Assembly: GCF_003231495.1 (NCBI RefSeq)
Contig: NZ_PQWO01000009.1
Coordinates: forward strand, 90,001-122,000
Origin: Acaryochloris thomasi RCC1774
GTDB taxonomy: Bacteria > Cyanobacteriota > Cyanobacteriia > Thermosynechococcales > Thermosynechococcaceae
DNA: 32,000 nucleotides
Direction: 5' to 3'
Both the position numbers and the translations under genes were made by a program. The notes under the pieces were generated by a model. It searched no databases, was not told where the DNA came from, and saw only the letters and a program-made list of their open reading frames with translations. This document shows, piece after piece, positions 16,297 through 25,047 of this stretch (positions within the stretch are counted from its first letter, which is position 1; each line of letters starts with the position of its first letter).

Positions 16297-19200
16297 CTAA
16301 ATGACGGAGAAGTCGTCGGGCAAGGTAGCAACGTCTGAGACATCAGGCACAGTAACAAACTGATCTGCCGTCAGATTCTCAGCATCAACTCCAATCAAGC
16401 GGGCGAGAGTTTCACCTGTTTCTGTGACGCCTAGCGTTGTGATAAACCCATTTTGAGAAATATCGAGATCAGAGAAGGCTAATTCTCCGTCAACTAGGCC
16501 AATAAAGTCGGTGCCAGTGGTGAAGTCAAAGACAGTGTCTGTGCCGTCGCCGTTGCCAAAGACAAAGGTATCTTGGCCTCGACCACCGATGAGAATATCG
16601 TCGCCGGTCACACCCATCAGCACATCATTGCCACGTCCTCCGATAATGACATCACGATTGGCATCGCCACTGAGAACATCGTTGCCTTTACCTCCGATTA
16701 GAGTGTCATTATTTTCTCCGCCAGAGATGCGATCGTTCCCGTTTTGTCCCAGCAATACATCTCGGCCACGATTGCCATAAATCAGATCATTGCCTGAGCC
16801 ACCGAAGACTCGGTCGCTACCAGCTCCACCATGAATCTGATCGCTGCCTCCCTTAGCGATGATCAGGTCTTTGCTTCCTAGGCCTTTGATCGTATCGTCT
16901 CCATCAGTTCCTCTAAGGAAATCTCTACCCCCTGTTCCTACAATGTCAGGTGCAGCTCCGCCATCGTCAAGAACACTGACTGAAACCACCGCCGTATCTG
17001 TCCCGCCATTACCATCGCTGACATCGTAGGTGAAGCTATCATCACCGACAAAGCCATCATTGGGCGTGTAGGTCACAGTGCCATCGTCATTGAGAGCGGT
17101 TGTGCCGCTAGTGGCATCACCGACGGCATCAACCGTAATCGGATCTCCGTCAGGATCGGTGTCATTGGCAAGAACATTGACGATTGCTGCAACACCCGCA
17201 TCAGTCGTAACTGAATCATCAACCGCATCAGGGTTGCCGTTGGGGGCAATCACATCACTGACGGTGACATTGACTGTGGCGGTATCAGTGCCACCTTGGC
17301 CATCACTAACGTCATAGGTGAAGCTATCATCACCAACAAAGCCGTCATTAGGCGTGTAGGTCACAGTGCCGTCATCGTTGAGGGCCGCTATGCCACTAGT
17401 GGCGTCACCGACAGCATCAACAACAACCGCGCCGCCATCAGAGTCGGTGTCATTGGCAAGAACATCGATGATTGCTGCAACACCCGCATCAGTGGTGGCT
17501 GAATCATCGACCGCGTCAGGAGGAATGTTGGGAACAACCACTTCATTGACCGTGACGTTGACCGTGGCGGTATCGGTACCACCTTGACCATCGCTAACGT
17601 CATAGGTAAAGCTATCGTCACCAACAAATCCGTCATTGGGCGTGTAAGTAACGGTGCCGTCGTCGTTGAGAGCCGTTGTACCGCTGGTGGCATCACCGAC
17701 GGCATCGACAACAACGGTGCCACCATCGGAGTCGGTGTCATTAGCAAGCACATTGATGGTCGCTGCAACACCGGCGTCAGTAGTGGCAGTATCGTTCACC
17801 GCGTCAGGATCAACGTTGGGAACAACCACTTCATTGACCGTGACGTTGACCGTGGCGGTATCGGTACCACCTTGGCCATCGCTAACGTCATAGGTAAAGC
17901 TGTCGTCACCAACAAAACCATCATCGGGCGTGTAGGTTACGGTACCGTCATCATTGAGAGCCGTTGTGCCACTAGTGGGATCACCGACGGCATCGACAAC
18001 AACGGTGCCACCATCGGAGTCGGTGTCATTGGCGAGGACGTTAATAGTTGCCGCTTCACCAGCATTCGTCGTGGCGGTATCGTTCACCGCGTCAGGATCA
18101 ATGTTAGGAACAATTACTTCATTGACCGTGACGTTCACCGTGGCGGTATCAGTACCACCTTGGCCATCGCTAACGTCATAGGTAAAGCTGTCGTCACCAA
18201 CAAAACCATCATCGGGCGTGTAGGTTACAGTACCGTCATCGTTGAGAGCCGTTGTACCGCTGGTGGCATCACCGACGGCATCAACAACAACCGTGCCGCC
18301 ATCTGAATCGGTGTCATTGGCGAGTACGTTAATAGTTGCTGCAACACCGGCGTCAGTGGTGGCAGTATCGTTCACCGCGTCAGGGTCGACGTTGGGAACA
18401 ATTACTTCATTGACAGTAACGGTGACTGTGGCAGTATCAGTACCACCTTGTCCATCACTGATGTCATAGGTAAAGCTATCATCGCCAACAAAGCCGTCAT
18501 TGGGCGTGTAGGTGACATTGCCATTAACCGTGATGGCTGTTGTACCGTTAGCGGCATCACCGACGGCATCAACAACAACCGTTCCGCCATCTGAATCGGT
18601 GTCATTTGCGAGCACATTAATAGTTGCAACTCCGCCAGCGTCAATGGTGGCAGAATCATTAACTGCATCAGGATCGACGTTGGGAACAACTACTTCGTTG
18701 ACGGTGACGTTCACTGTGGCGGTATCTGTGCCACCATTACCATCGGTAACGTCATAGGTGAAGCTATCATCACCAACAAAGCCATCGTCTGGCGTGTAGG
18801 TAACGGTGCCATCATCGTTGAGAGCCGTTGTACCGCTGGTGGCATCACCGACTGCATTGACGGAAAGGACATCGCCGGCATCCGCATCGGTGTCGTTGGC
18901 GAGCACGTTGATCCCCACTGCGGCACCGGCGTCTGTTGTGGCCGTGTCATTTACAGCATCGGGGGGAGTATTAACAGGCACAGGCTCTTCAAAGAAGGTG
19001 ACTGTCACACTGTCAGAACCTGGTGCCAGGGTGGCGTCGTTTGCTCCTCCGTCGATAATCTCAAATGAGAATGAGAGGGTCTCATTTTCGCCTTCAACAT
19101 CTTGAGGGAATGCTTCTGCTCGTCCTTCGTTATCATCCACATTCGCTGTGGGAATGGTGATATTGGCTCCACTTCCGGTGACGCCGAATTCTACGAACTC

Positions 19201-19977
19201 AAATTCTGAGCCGAAGATGCTGGCGGGGTTAATCGTGACACCACTCGGTACATTACCTAAAAGACTGAAGCGCGTTAGACCAGCGACTCCTTCAGAACTT
19301 GTAAATCGAATAATGGGCGGATCCGTTGGATCGATAGGGTCGTCAGAGGTAAAGGTGATGACAAAGGGTGTTTCTTCACTCTCAACAAGGTCAGTTGTAT
19401 TGACGCTAACGGTAATCACAAAATGACCTGTGTAATTTTGCTGCAGTTCCTGGGAGAAGATGAATGCAGCTTGAGGCGTTCCTACTTGAACGTCTAACTC
19501 CCAATGAGCTTCTAAGTTAGTCCGACCAATACTTTGACTAGAGGCTGAGATATTCGCCCCAGTGAGTTGATGCAACTGCTGTAGAAACAGATGGCCCGTG
19601 GCTCCCTTTGCAACTTGACAGCCATATATGTGCAGGTCAGCTCCCTTGAGCACTTGCGACCAGCTTTTTATCTGCTCAAGATGTTGCTCAAGAGTCTCGA
19701 AACTAAGCTCGGTGTTCCCGAGCTGAAGACGCCCGGCTGAGCCGTGGGAAACAAGGTGCAAGTCAATGGGGCGGTCGTAATGTTCTAGGGCTGCAGAAAT
19801 TTGTGAGATACCGTCTTGGTCTGGCCTGAGAACAACAACGTGAGAATGGGGGCTTACGTCGTCTAACAGCATCTGAAGCTGATCAACGTTGGAGTCTACG
19901 ATAACCAGCGTCTGTTTGAGGGCTGGGCGTTGCAGATCGTTGCGATCGCACGATTGAAGCAAAGTAGTTGAATGCAT
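16297..19977 (-). CDS. Large DUF4347-headed, cadherin-like-repeat, RTX calcium-binding exoprotein (putative T1SS adhesin)
   Basis: 1226-aa ORF. The N-terminal DUF4347-like region reads LVIVDSNVDQ...LHLVSHGSAGRLQLG...LHIYGCQVA. A Calx-beta-like segment follows. Then come 7 repeats of about 96 aa (PDAVNDTATTDAG...INVLANDTDSDGG...TYTPNDGFVGDDSFTYDVSDGQGGTDTATVNVTV). RTX nonapeptides (GGSGNDLIYGNRGRDVLLGQNGNDRISGGENNDTLIGGKGNDVL) and a C-terminal secretion-type tail close the protein. Confidence 0.9.
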   Translation of the reverse strand: MHSTTLLQSCDRNDLQRPALKQTLVIVDSNVDQLQMLLDDVSPHSHVVVLRPDQDGISQISAALEHYDRPIDLHLVSHGSAGRLQLGNTELSFETLEQHLEQIKSWSQVLKGADLHIYGCQVAKGATGHLFLQQLHQLTGANISASSQSIGRTNLEAHWELDVQVGTPQAAFIFSQELQQNYTGHFVITVSVNTTDLVESEETPFVITFTSDDPIDPTDPPIIRFTSSEGVAGLTRFSLLGNVPSGVTINPASIFGSEFEFVEFGVTGSGANITIPTANVDDNEGRAEAFPQDVEGENETLSFSFEIIDGGANDATLAPGSDSVTVTFFEEPVPVNTPPDAVNDTATTDAGAAVGINVLANDTDADAGDVLSVNAVGDATSGTTALNDDGTVTYTPDDGFVGDDSFTYDVTDGNGGTDTATVNVTVNEVVVPNVDPDAVNDSATIDAGGVATINVLANDTDSDGGTVVVDAVGDAANGTTAITVNGNVTYTPNDGFVGDDSFTYDISDGQGGTDTATVTVTVNEVIVPNVDPDAVNDTATTDAGVAATINVLANDTDSDGGTVVVDAVGDATSGTTALNDDGTVTYTPDDGFVGDDSFTYDVSDGQGGTDTATVNVTVNEVIVPNIDPDAVNDTATTNAGEAATINVLANDTDSDGGTVVVDAVGDPTSGTTALNDDGTVTYTPDDGFVGDDSFTYDVSDGQGGTDTATVNVTVNEVVVPNVDPDAVNDTATTDAGVAATINVLANDTDSDGGTVVVDAVGDATSGTTALNDDGTVTYTPNDGFVGDDSFTYDVSDGQGGTDTATVNVTVNEVVVPNIPPDAVDDSATTDAGVAAIIDVLANDTDSDGGAVVVDAVGDATSGIAALNDDGTVTYTPNDGFVGDDSFTYDVSDGQGGTDTATVNVTVSDVIAPNGNPDAVDDSVTTDAGVAAIVNVLANDTDPDGDPITVDAVGDATSGTTALNDDGTVTYTPNDGFVGDDSFTYDVSDGNGGTDTAVVSVSVLDDGGAAPDIVGTGGRDFLRGTDGDDTIKGLGSKDLIIAKGGSDQIHGGAGSDRVFGGSGNDLIYGNRGRDVLLGQNGNDRISGGENNDTLIGGKGNDVLSGDANRDVIIGGRGNDVLMGVTGDDILIGGRGQDTFVFGNGDGTDTVFDFTTGTDFIGLVDGELAFSDLDISQNGFITTLGVTETGETLARLIGVDAENLTADQFVTVPDVSDVATLPDDFSVI
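16966..18966 (-). repeat. Seven tandem 288-bp (96-97 codon) coding repeats
   Basis: The protein repeats span aa 338-1004. Copies 3-5 differ by only a few residues. The periodicity also shows as a ladder of similar plus-strand shadow ORFs spaced 288 nt apart (17078, 17366, 17654, 17954, 18242, 18512, 18806). Confidence 0.9.
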
Positions 19978-20683
19978 CTTATGATTTTGACCTCAAACTA
20001 TTTCCAATTGGAGAATTGAACAAAAAAACAGAGAAAATATTAATGAGCATCAGAAATTCTGCCTCTTGAAATGCAGATATTCCATGCTTACCTAAAGCGA
20101 AAATCCAGAAATTAATAGCAGAGACTAGAGTAATTCCTTTAGAAGAGGGAGCATCTCCAAGCAAATAAATATCTCTAGTGAATGTTTATCTTTAAGAGAA
20201 GTTAGCGTCCAATTCAGATGACTAGCACTAACCATTCTTTATAGGAAAACTCACTCAATGAGGCCTCTTACTATTGAGTAAATCCACAAAGATTTAGCTT
20301 AGCGATTGGCACGGTTTTTAATTTGCACCTGTATATTCTTATACCAGACTATTGAATAGTATTCTCATTTAAATTCAGGTAGCCTAGATCACGTTTTCCC
20401 CAAAAATACTTTGAATAAAGGACTGCAGAAGATATAGAGGTCGGCCTATTATCAGAAGATTTTATTATTTAGTTGAAAAATTTCTTAGTAATACAGGCGC
20501 TGCCTATTATTTTCATCAAAAAGATAGCTTCTGCTTATGGAATAACACCCGACAAATAAATTGCATCTTACTGCGAGCATGAATTTCAGAATACGGGCAT
20601 CTGATCCGGTGGCTTAATCAAAGCTTTTTCTTGATCGTAATTTATGTTGATTTCATTGGCTTTCTATGTGCCAATACCAACAT

Positions 20684-21931
20684 TCAGTCTTTGATAAGTT
20701 GATTGAATATATCGACGGCCTGGGCTACGCCATTCTCAGCTTTAATTCTTTGACTAAGGCGAACGGCTCGTTCTTTAAATGGTTGATGGTTAATCGCTGC
20801 AGAAATAGATTTAGATAGGGCGTCAGCCGTTAGTTTATTCTGTCGGATTGGAGCAGGGCCAATGCCGAGCTTTTGGATGCGATCGCCCCAAAAAGGCTGA
20901 TCGGCAACAAATGGGGTGATAATCGTTGGCACGCCTGCCCTTAAGCTCGCTGCCGTTGTCCCTGAGCCGCCGTGATGAACAACTGCGGCCATCTGTGGGA
21001 ATAACCAATCATGGGAAACCGAATCAACTATGTATACATCTTTCGGTAGGTCTGTTTGACGCAAGCTACCCCAACCTGTGAGCAAAATGCCGCGTTGGTT
21101 TGATAAAGATAGTGCTTTGATTGCCAACTGGGTCAGTGCTGCGGGGCTTTGGCTTTTCATGCTGCCAAAGCCGATGTAAACAGGCGGTGGTCCTGCGGCA
21201 AGAAACTCTATCAGCTCTGCAGGAGGTTGCCAGTTCGACTGCTCTAAAACCCAGTACCCAGTCACATACCAGGAGTCGGGCCAGTCATGGGGTTTGGGGA
21301 CAACGGCATCACTGAAGCCAAACAACTGAGCTTTTTGATACTGCAACTGACGCCATGAGCGAGCGGGTGAAATTTGTAGATTTGCCTGCAGCCAATCTTT
21401 AACCGGAGGAGTCAGCGTTTGTCTTGAAATCTGCTTGACAACTTTATACGTCAATAAGTTGTACATCCCTCCGAGCTTGATGCCAGGCGGGATGACGGGG
21501 CTAGGGAACTCGCGTGTGATGCCAACCGGCTGAATTTTGGCGAGGAAGTGAGGAATTTGTAGCTTTTCGCCAAATGAAGCGCCGCCAAAGCTGAGAGGCG
21601 AATAAATCAAGGCGTCTGCCCCCTGACAGGCTTGCCATGAGTCATGAAGCTGCTGCTCAATAAAGGGTCGCATCAGTTTCCCGTAGAGGCGGATAAACTG
21701 AACGGGGTTTGACCCTTTTTTCATAATGTCTGCGCCAACTTCGCTGCCCAGCACCTGCTTAACATCTACCTCTAGAGGGTGGAACTCCAGAGCATGGGCA
21801 CCCACAAATTCAGAGAACGTCTTACTGCTGGCAACTCGGACCTGATGACCGGCAGCTTTTAAGCCTAGTCCCAGAGCAACGTAGGGCTGCACATCCCCTC
21901 GTGTTCCAGTGGCTAAAATTGTGACTTTCAT
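20684..21931 (-). CDS. GT1-family (MGT / sterol-glucosyltransferase-like) glycosyltransferase
   Basis: 415-aa ORF. The N-terminus MKVTILATGTRGDVQPYVALGLGLKAAGHQV is typical of the GT28-N/UDPGT type. The C-terminal nucleotide-sugar motif reads VVHHGGSGTTAASLRAGVPTIITPFVADQPFWG. Confidence 0.85.
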   Translation of the reverse strand: MKVTILATGTRGDVQPYVALGLGLKAAGHQVRVASSKTFSEFVGAHALEFHPLEVDVKQVLGSEVGADIMKKGSNPVQFIRLYGKLMRPFIEQQLHDSWQACQGADALIYSPLSFGGASFGEKLQIPHFLAKIQPVGITREFPSPVIPPGIKLGGMYNLLTYKVVKQISRQTLTPPVKDWLQANLQISPARSWRQLQYQKAQLFGFSDAVVPKPHDWPDSWYVTGYWVLEQSNWQPPAELIEFLAAGPPPVYIGFGSMKSQSPAALTQLAIKALSLSNQRGILLTGWGSLRQTDLPKDVYIVDSVSHDWLFPQMAAVVHHGGSGTTAASLRAGVPTIITPFVADQPFWGDRIQKLGIGPAPIRQNKLTADALSKSISAAINHQPFKERAVRLSQRIKAENGVAQAVDIFNQLIKD

Positions 21932-21961
21932 GAATGCCTTGCAAACATCTGAAAGAGTGCG

Positions 21962-22519
21962 TTAGGCAGCGTACTTTTGCCTTTGCCTGCGGACCAGAAA
22001 CATCAAACCTAAAATTGCAGCAGAACCTAGAACTGTGCTGGGTTCAGGGACAGAGGTATAGCTGATCTCTCCTGTTCCTTCAAGCTGAGTCACGGAACCA
22101 TCGCTGACGGTCGTTGTGTCATAGGTAAATAGGGACAGCTCTCCACTGGAGGGAGCTGGCGCAAAGGACAGGAAGGTGAAATCGGTCGGACCTGTTGTTT
22201 CTGCGGCATAATTTAGCCCGAGGAGCTGGTTGTCAGAGAAAACCGCTTCTGGACCCGCGACTGCATTGGCTTCAGAAAAATTTGTGCCGAGGAAGTCGAA
22301 GGACAGATTGGATACGGGTGCAAATTCATCTCCCGAGCCGGTGAGTCCAGAGTCGTCAAAATCGAAGGAACCAGAGAAACTCTCGCCGGATAGATCGCCC
22401 GTGACGTTATCAATACTAAAGGAGAGAGAAGCTGCGCGAGCCGCAGGAGCCGCAAGGGCTGTGGCAGAAATGGCTAAGCCAATGGCAAGGGAGAATGTAG
22501 GGTTCATAGAGATATCCAT
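21962..22519 (-). CDS. PEP-CTERM sorting-domain secreted protein
   Basis: 185-aa ORF with a signal peptide (LAISATALAAPAARA). The C-terminal VPEPSTVLGSAAILGLMFLVRRQRQ gives PEP, a TM segment and a basic tail. Confidence 0.85.
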   Translation of the reverse strand: MDISMNPTFSLAIGLAISATALAAPAARAASLSFSIDNVTGDLSGESFSGSFDFDDSGLTGSGDEFAPVSNLSFDFLGTNFSEANAVAGPEAVFSDNQLLGLNYAAETTGPTDFTFLSFAPAPSSGELSLFTYDTTTVSDGSVTQLEGTGEISYTSVPEPSTVLGSAAILGLMFLVRRQRQKYAA

Positions 22520-22792
22520 GTCAGAGCGATTTACTGTATCAATCCAAGCTTGCTGGGCACCGATGAACGGGAAAACCGCAAATTCAGCTATTTATCAGTT
22601 AGGGCTTTGCCCGTAAAAATCTAAGAATCTTTGAACAGTGTACAGGAAAAAGTTATTGACAATCGTTTTCTATAAGACATTAATGCTTTTTTTATAATGG
22701 AAGACTCCTGGCGTTCTAGGATTCTTCTGCCGAGAGTATTTGAGGATCATGTCGATGAGAGTATGTGTGTCACTACTGCCTAAGTCGGCATA

Positions 22793-23371
22793 CTAATGAT
22801 CATGCATATAGAGAACTTCTATACAAATAGGCAGTGAGCAGCCTTGATCAAACTCGCAACCTGCTGCGATGCCTGCGGTCACAATCTGCGAAGCTGAGGC
22901 GTTTTGTGCATAGGCTGCATGCATGGCCCCAAGGGCATATTGGCGGCCACTGCCGACGCTCCAGTACTGCCGATACTCGTTGACTTCTCTGAGCTTGCTG
23001 ATTTCAAAGAGACCGTGAGGATTCACGATGATGGCGTTGAACTGGCTGGATTCGACGGGCTGCTTATTATCACTGGTCTTGGTGTTGAGGAAGTAGTCTT
23101 TTTTCATGATCGAATGGAGTTCGAGCAGGGTTGAGTAAATCTCCATGCGATTTGAGAGTTGAAACCGGTCGGGATGCTTGAGAATGAGGTGATCCACCAT
23201 GTCAGAGAGGGTATTCCAGCCGACAATGCCGATGATGCTGTCGTTAACTTTGTGCAGTTTGTTGGCATTGGCGATGTGGGTTGATGTAGCGATGGTGGAG
23301 CCAAAACTGATTTGGGTATCACATGCGATCGCAACCTCTCCATTCTTAATCGCAGCGCAAACAACCGACAT
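22793..23371 (-). CDS. Proteasome/HslV-fold Ntn-hydrolase-like protein (Ser at the nucleophile position)
   Basis: 192-aa ORF that aligns by eye along its full length with HslV. [24 protein letters not shown] matches [35 protein letters not shown] matches [28 protein letters not shown] matches IAIGSGGPYAQAAARA. Residue 2 is Ser, which would be exposed after Met removal. Confidence 0.6.
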   Translation of the reverse strand: [192 protein letters not shown]

Positions 23372-23386
23372 ATATAGTTCTCCTGA

Positions 23387-23818
23387 TCATGAGTGAGATT
23401 TTTCAGTCGCAAAGAGTTGGGCCATATCTCTAAAGGCTTTGAACTCAAGGGCATTGCCGGAAGGATCGCGGAAAAACATCGTGGCCTGTTCCCCTGGCTG
23501 CCCTTCAAAACGAATGTAGGGTTCGATTTCAAACTGCACTCCGGCCTGAAGGAGGCGATCTCGTAATTGTTTCCAGTCCTCTAGCGTCAGTACCACCCCA
23601 AAGTGAGGAACCGGGACAGCGTGGCCATCGACGGGGTTCGAGTGAGCCTCAGCCTTGGGACTTAAATGAGCCACAATTTGGTGGCCGTAGAGATTGAAAT
23701 CAACCCAGTTTTTGGCACTACGGCCTTCGGGGCAGTTTAGGAGGCCGCCATAAAAATCTCGGGCGGTCTTAAGATCGTGGACAGGGAAAGCGATATGAAA
23801 GGGACGGAGTTCGTGCAT
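23387..23818 (-). CDS. VOC-family (glyoxalase/bleomycin-resistance/dioxygenase fold) protein
   Basis: 143-aa ORF with the typical VOC start [23 protein letters not shown] and C-terminal [12 protein letters not shown]. It starts 5 nt after the devC stop. Confidence 0.8.
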   Translation of the reverse strand: MHELRPFHIAFPVHDLKTARDFYGGLLNCPEGRSAKNWVDFNLYGHQIVAHLSPKAEAHSNPVDGHAVPVPHFGVVLTLEDWKQLRDRLLQAGVQFEIEPYIRFEGQPGEQATMFFRDPSGNALEFKAFRDMAQLFATEKSHS

Positions 23819-23823
23819 TGGGG

Positions 23824-25047
23824 TTAGAAAATATCGGCAGGATCAGCTTTTTTGAGTTTGCGAACTGCGATCGCACCTGCCGAGCTGCACATTAGAAAGG
23901 TCAACAAGAAAACCTGCAGCATCACATCAGGGCGCAGCACCAGCGGAATCTTTGTCAGGTAGCTGAGCAAACTATAGACGCCCACCGAAGCGGCTGTGCC
24001 AGGAATGAAGCCTAGAACTGCCAGCAGCATTGCTTCCTGCAGAACCACCATCAACAAGGCGCGATCAGCATAGCCCATCGCTTTGAGCGTGGCATATTCG
24101 GGCAGATGTTCGGCAACATCGGTGTATAAAACTTGGTATACAACAATCACCCCGACAATGAACCCCATCAACGCCCCGAAATTAAGGACAATGCCGCTAG
24201 GGTCAGACTCCCAGTAGGTCTTCTCCTTTATGATTAGCTCTTCGCGGGTAAACACTGAAACCGATGCAGGCAAATTCGCCTGCAACTGTCGCTGCACCTG
24301 GATTGGGTCAGAACCAGGCGCAAGTACCAGCAACCCTAAGCTCACGTCACGGAGGCGATCTTGACCGTAGCGCTGGGCATAGTTCCAGTCACTCATGATC
24401 ACGTGCCCCTTGGTGAACAAGGTGCTGCCAAGCTGAAAGTCACCGATCACTGAGACTCGACGCTGATCCATGACCGTGCGGACCTGATCCTGCTGGGCCA
24501 GTCGTTCTGAAATCGGTCCGAGGGAGGGCTGCGATAACCGATCAAAAAGAACGGTATCCGGTTCGCTTAGACGATTGAGCTGTTGATTCACTCCCGGTAA
24601 TTTAAAGACTGGCTGTGCTGGATTAAAGGCCAGTATTTTGACCTCATCAGGGAAAATAGAGTCGTCGGCTGGGTCAGTTGTTGATTTGCCGATTTTCTCT
24701 GGACTGACCCAGTTGGCCTCAGCGATATATAGCGGTCTGGCTGAGCGAACCCCAGCAACTGCATTCGCTTGATACAGGTAAACACGCGGGAAGGTGGAAC
24801 GTCCTAGGGCGCGAGTATAGGTCGAAATCATAAACAGCTCACCCTCTAGCTGTTCGTGGATCAGCGTAATCCCGTCAAAGAGGACCGCCCTCAAACCCAG
24901 TTGAGTGAACATGAGAATATTGGCAAAGCCAACCCCCGTGATCGCAATCACCAGCTTGACTTTTTGGTGGGTCAACTGCGCCCAGGCTAGATTGACTCTA
25001 GAGGATGCTAGCTTGAATGGCAGGGAAAAGCGCCGCTTCGGCTTCAT
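23824..25047 (-). CDS. devC: DevC-family ABC exporter permease (FtsX-like)
   Basis: 407-aa ORF. The N-terminus [32 protein letters not shown] matches DevC. A large periplasmic loop and a C-terminal FtsX-type 3-TM bundle follow. The start overlaps the devB stop (ATGA). Confidence 0.85.
   Translation of the reverse strand: MKPKRRFSLPFKLASSRVNLAWAQLTHQKVKLVIAITGVGFANILMFTQLGLRAVLFDGITLIHEQLEGELFMISTYTRALGRSTFPRVYLYQANAVAGVRSARPLYIAEANWVSPEKIGKSTTDPADDSIFPDEVKILAFNPAQPVFKLPGVNQQLNRLSEPDTVLFDRLSQPSLGPISERLAQQDQVRTVMDQRRVSVIGDFQLGSTLFTKGHVIMSDWNYAQRYGQDRLRDVSLGLLVLAPGSDPIQVQRQLQANLPASVSVFTREELIIKEKTYWESDPSGIVLNFGALMGFIVGVIVVYQVLYTDVAEHLPEYATLKAMGYADRALLMVVLQEAMLLAVLGFIPGTAASVGVYSLLSYLTKIPLVLRPDVMLQVFLLTFLMCSSAGAIAVRKLKKADPADIF

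Noticed and set aside
16966-18966. Possible CRISPR array or non-coding tandem repeat
   Set aside because: The 288-bp units are contiguous, with no unique spacers. They maintain one long open frame encoding a recognisable domain, so this is a coding repeat and not CRISPR.
17078-19105. A ladder of plus-strand ORFs (75-240 aa, e.g. 17584-18306) with similar sequences
   Set aside because: They recur with the 288-nt period of the minus-strand cadherin-like repeats and have low-complexity Ser/Thr/Val/Ala content. They are antisense artefacts of a stop-poor repetitive coding region.
19979-20164. 61-aa minus-strand ORF ending 1 nt before the adhesin start codon (possible leader peptide)
   Set aside because: It starts at a non-ATG codon in AT-rich DNA with no visible Shine-Dalgarno and a hydrophobic, random-looking sequence. 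It cannot be excluded as a uORF, but nothing supports it.
22700-22760. Imperfect hairpin GAAGACTCC-N10-GGATTCTTC downstream of the Ntn-hydrolase gene as operon terminator
   Set aside because: On the transcribed (minus) strand the stem is followed by an A-run, not a U-run, and it contains a mismatch. This is not a convincing intrinsic terminator.
23104-23532. 142-aa minus-strand ORF spanning the VOC/Ntn junction in another frame
   Set aside because: It overlaps two ORFs that each have family-level similarity. Its own translation is low in information (Ser/Pro/Leu rich).
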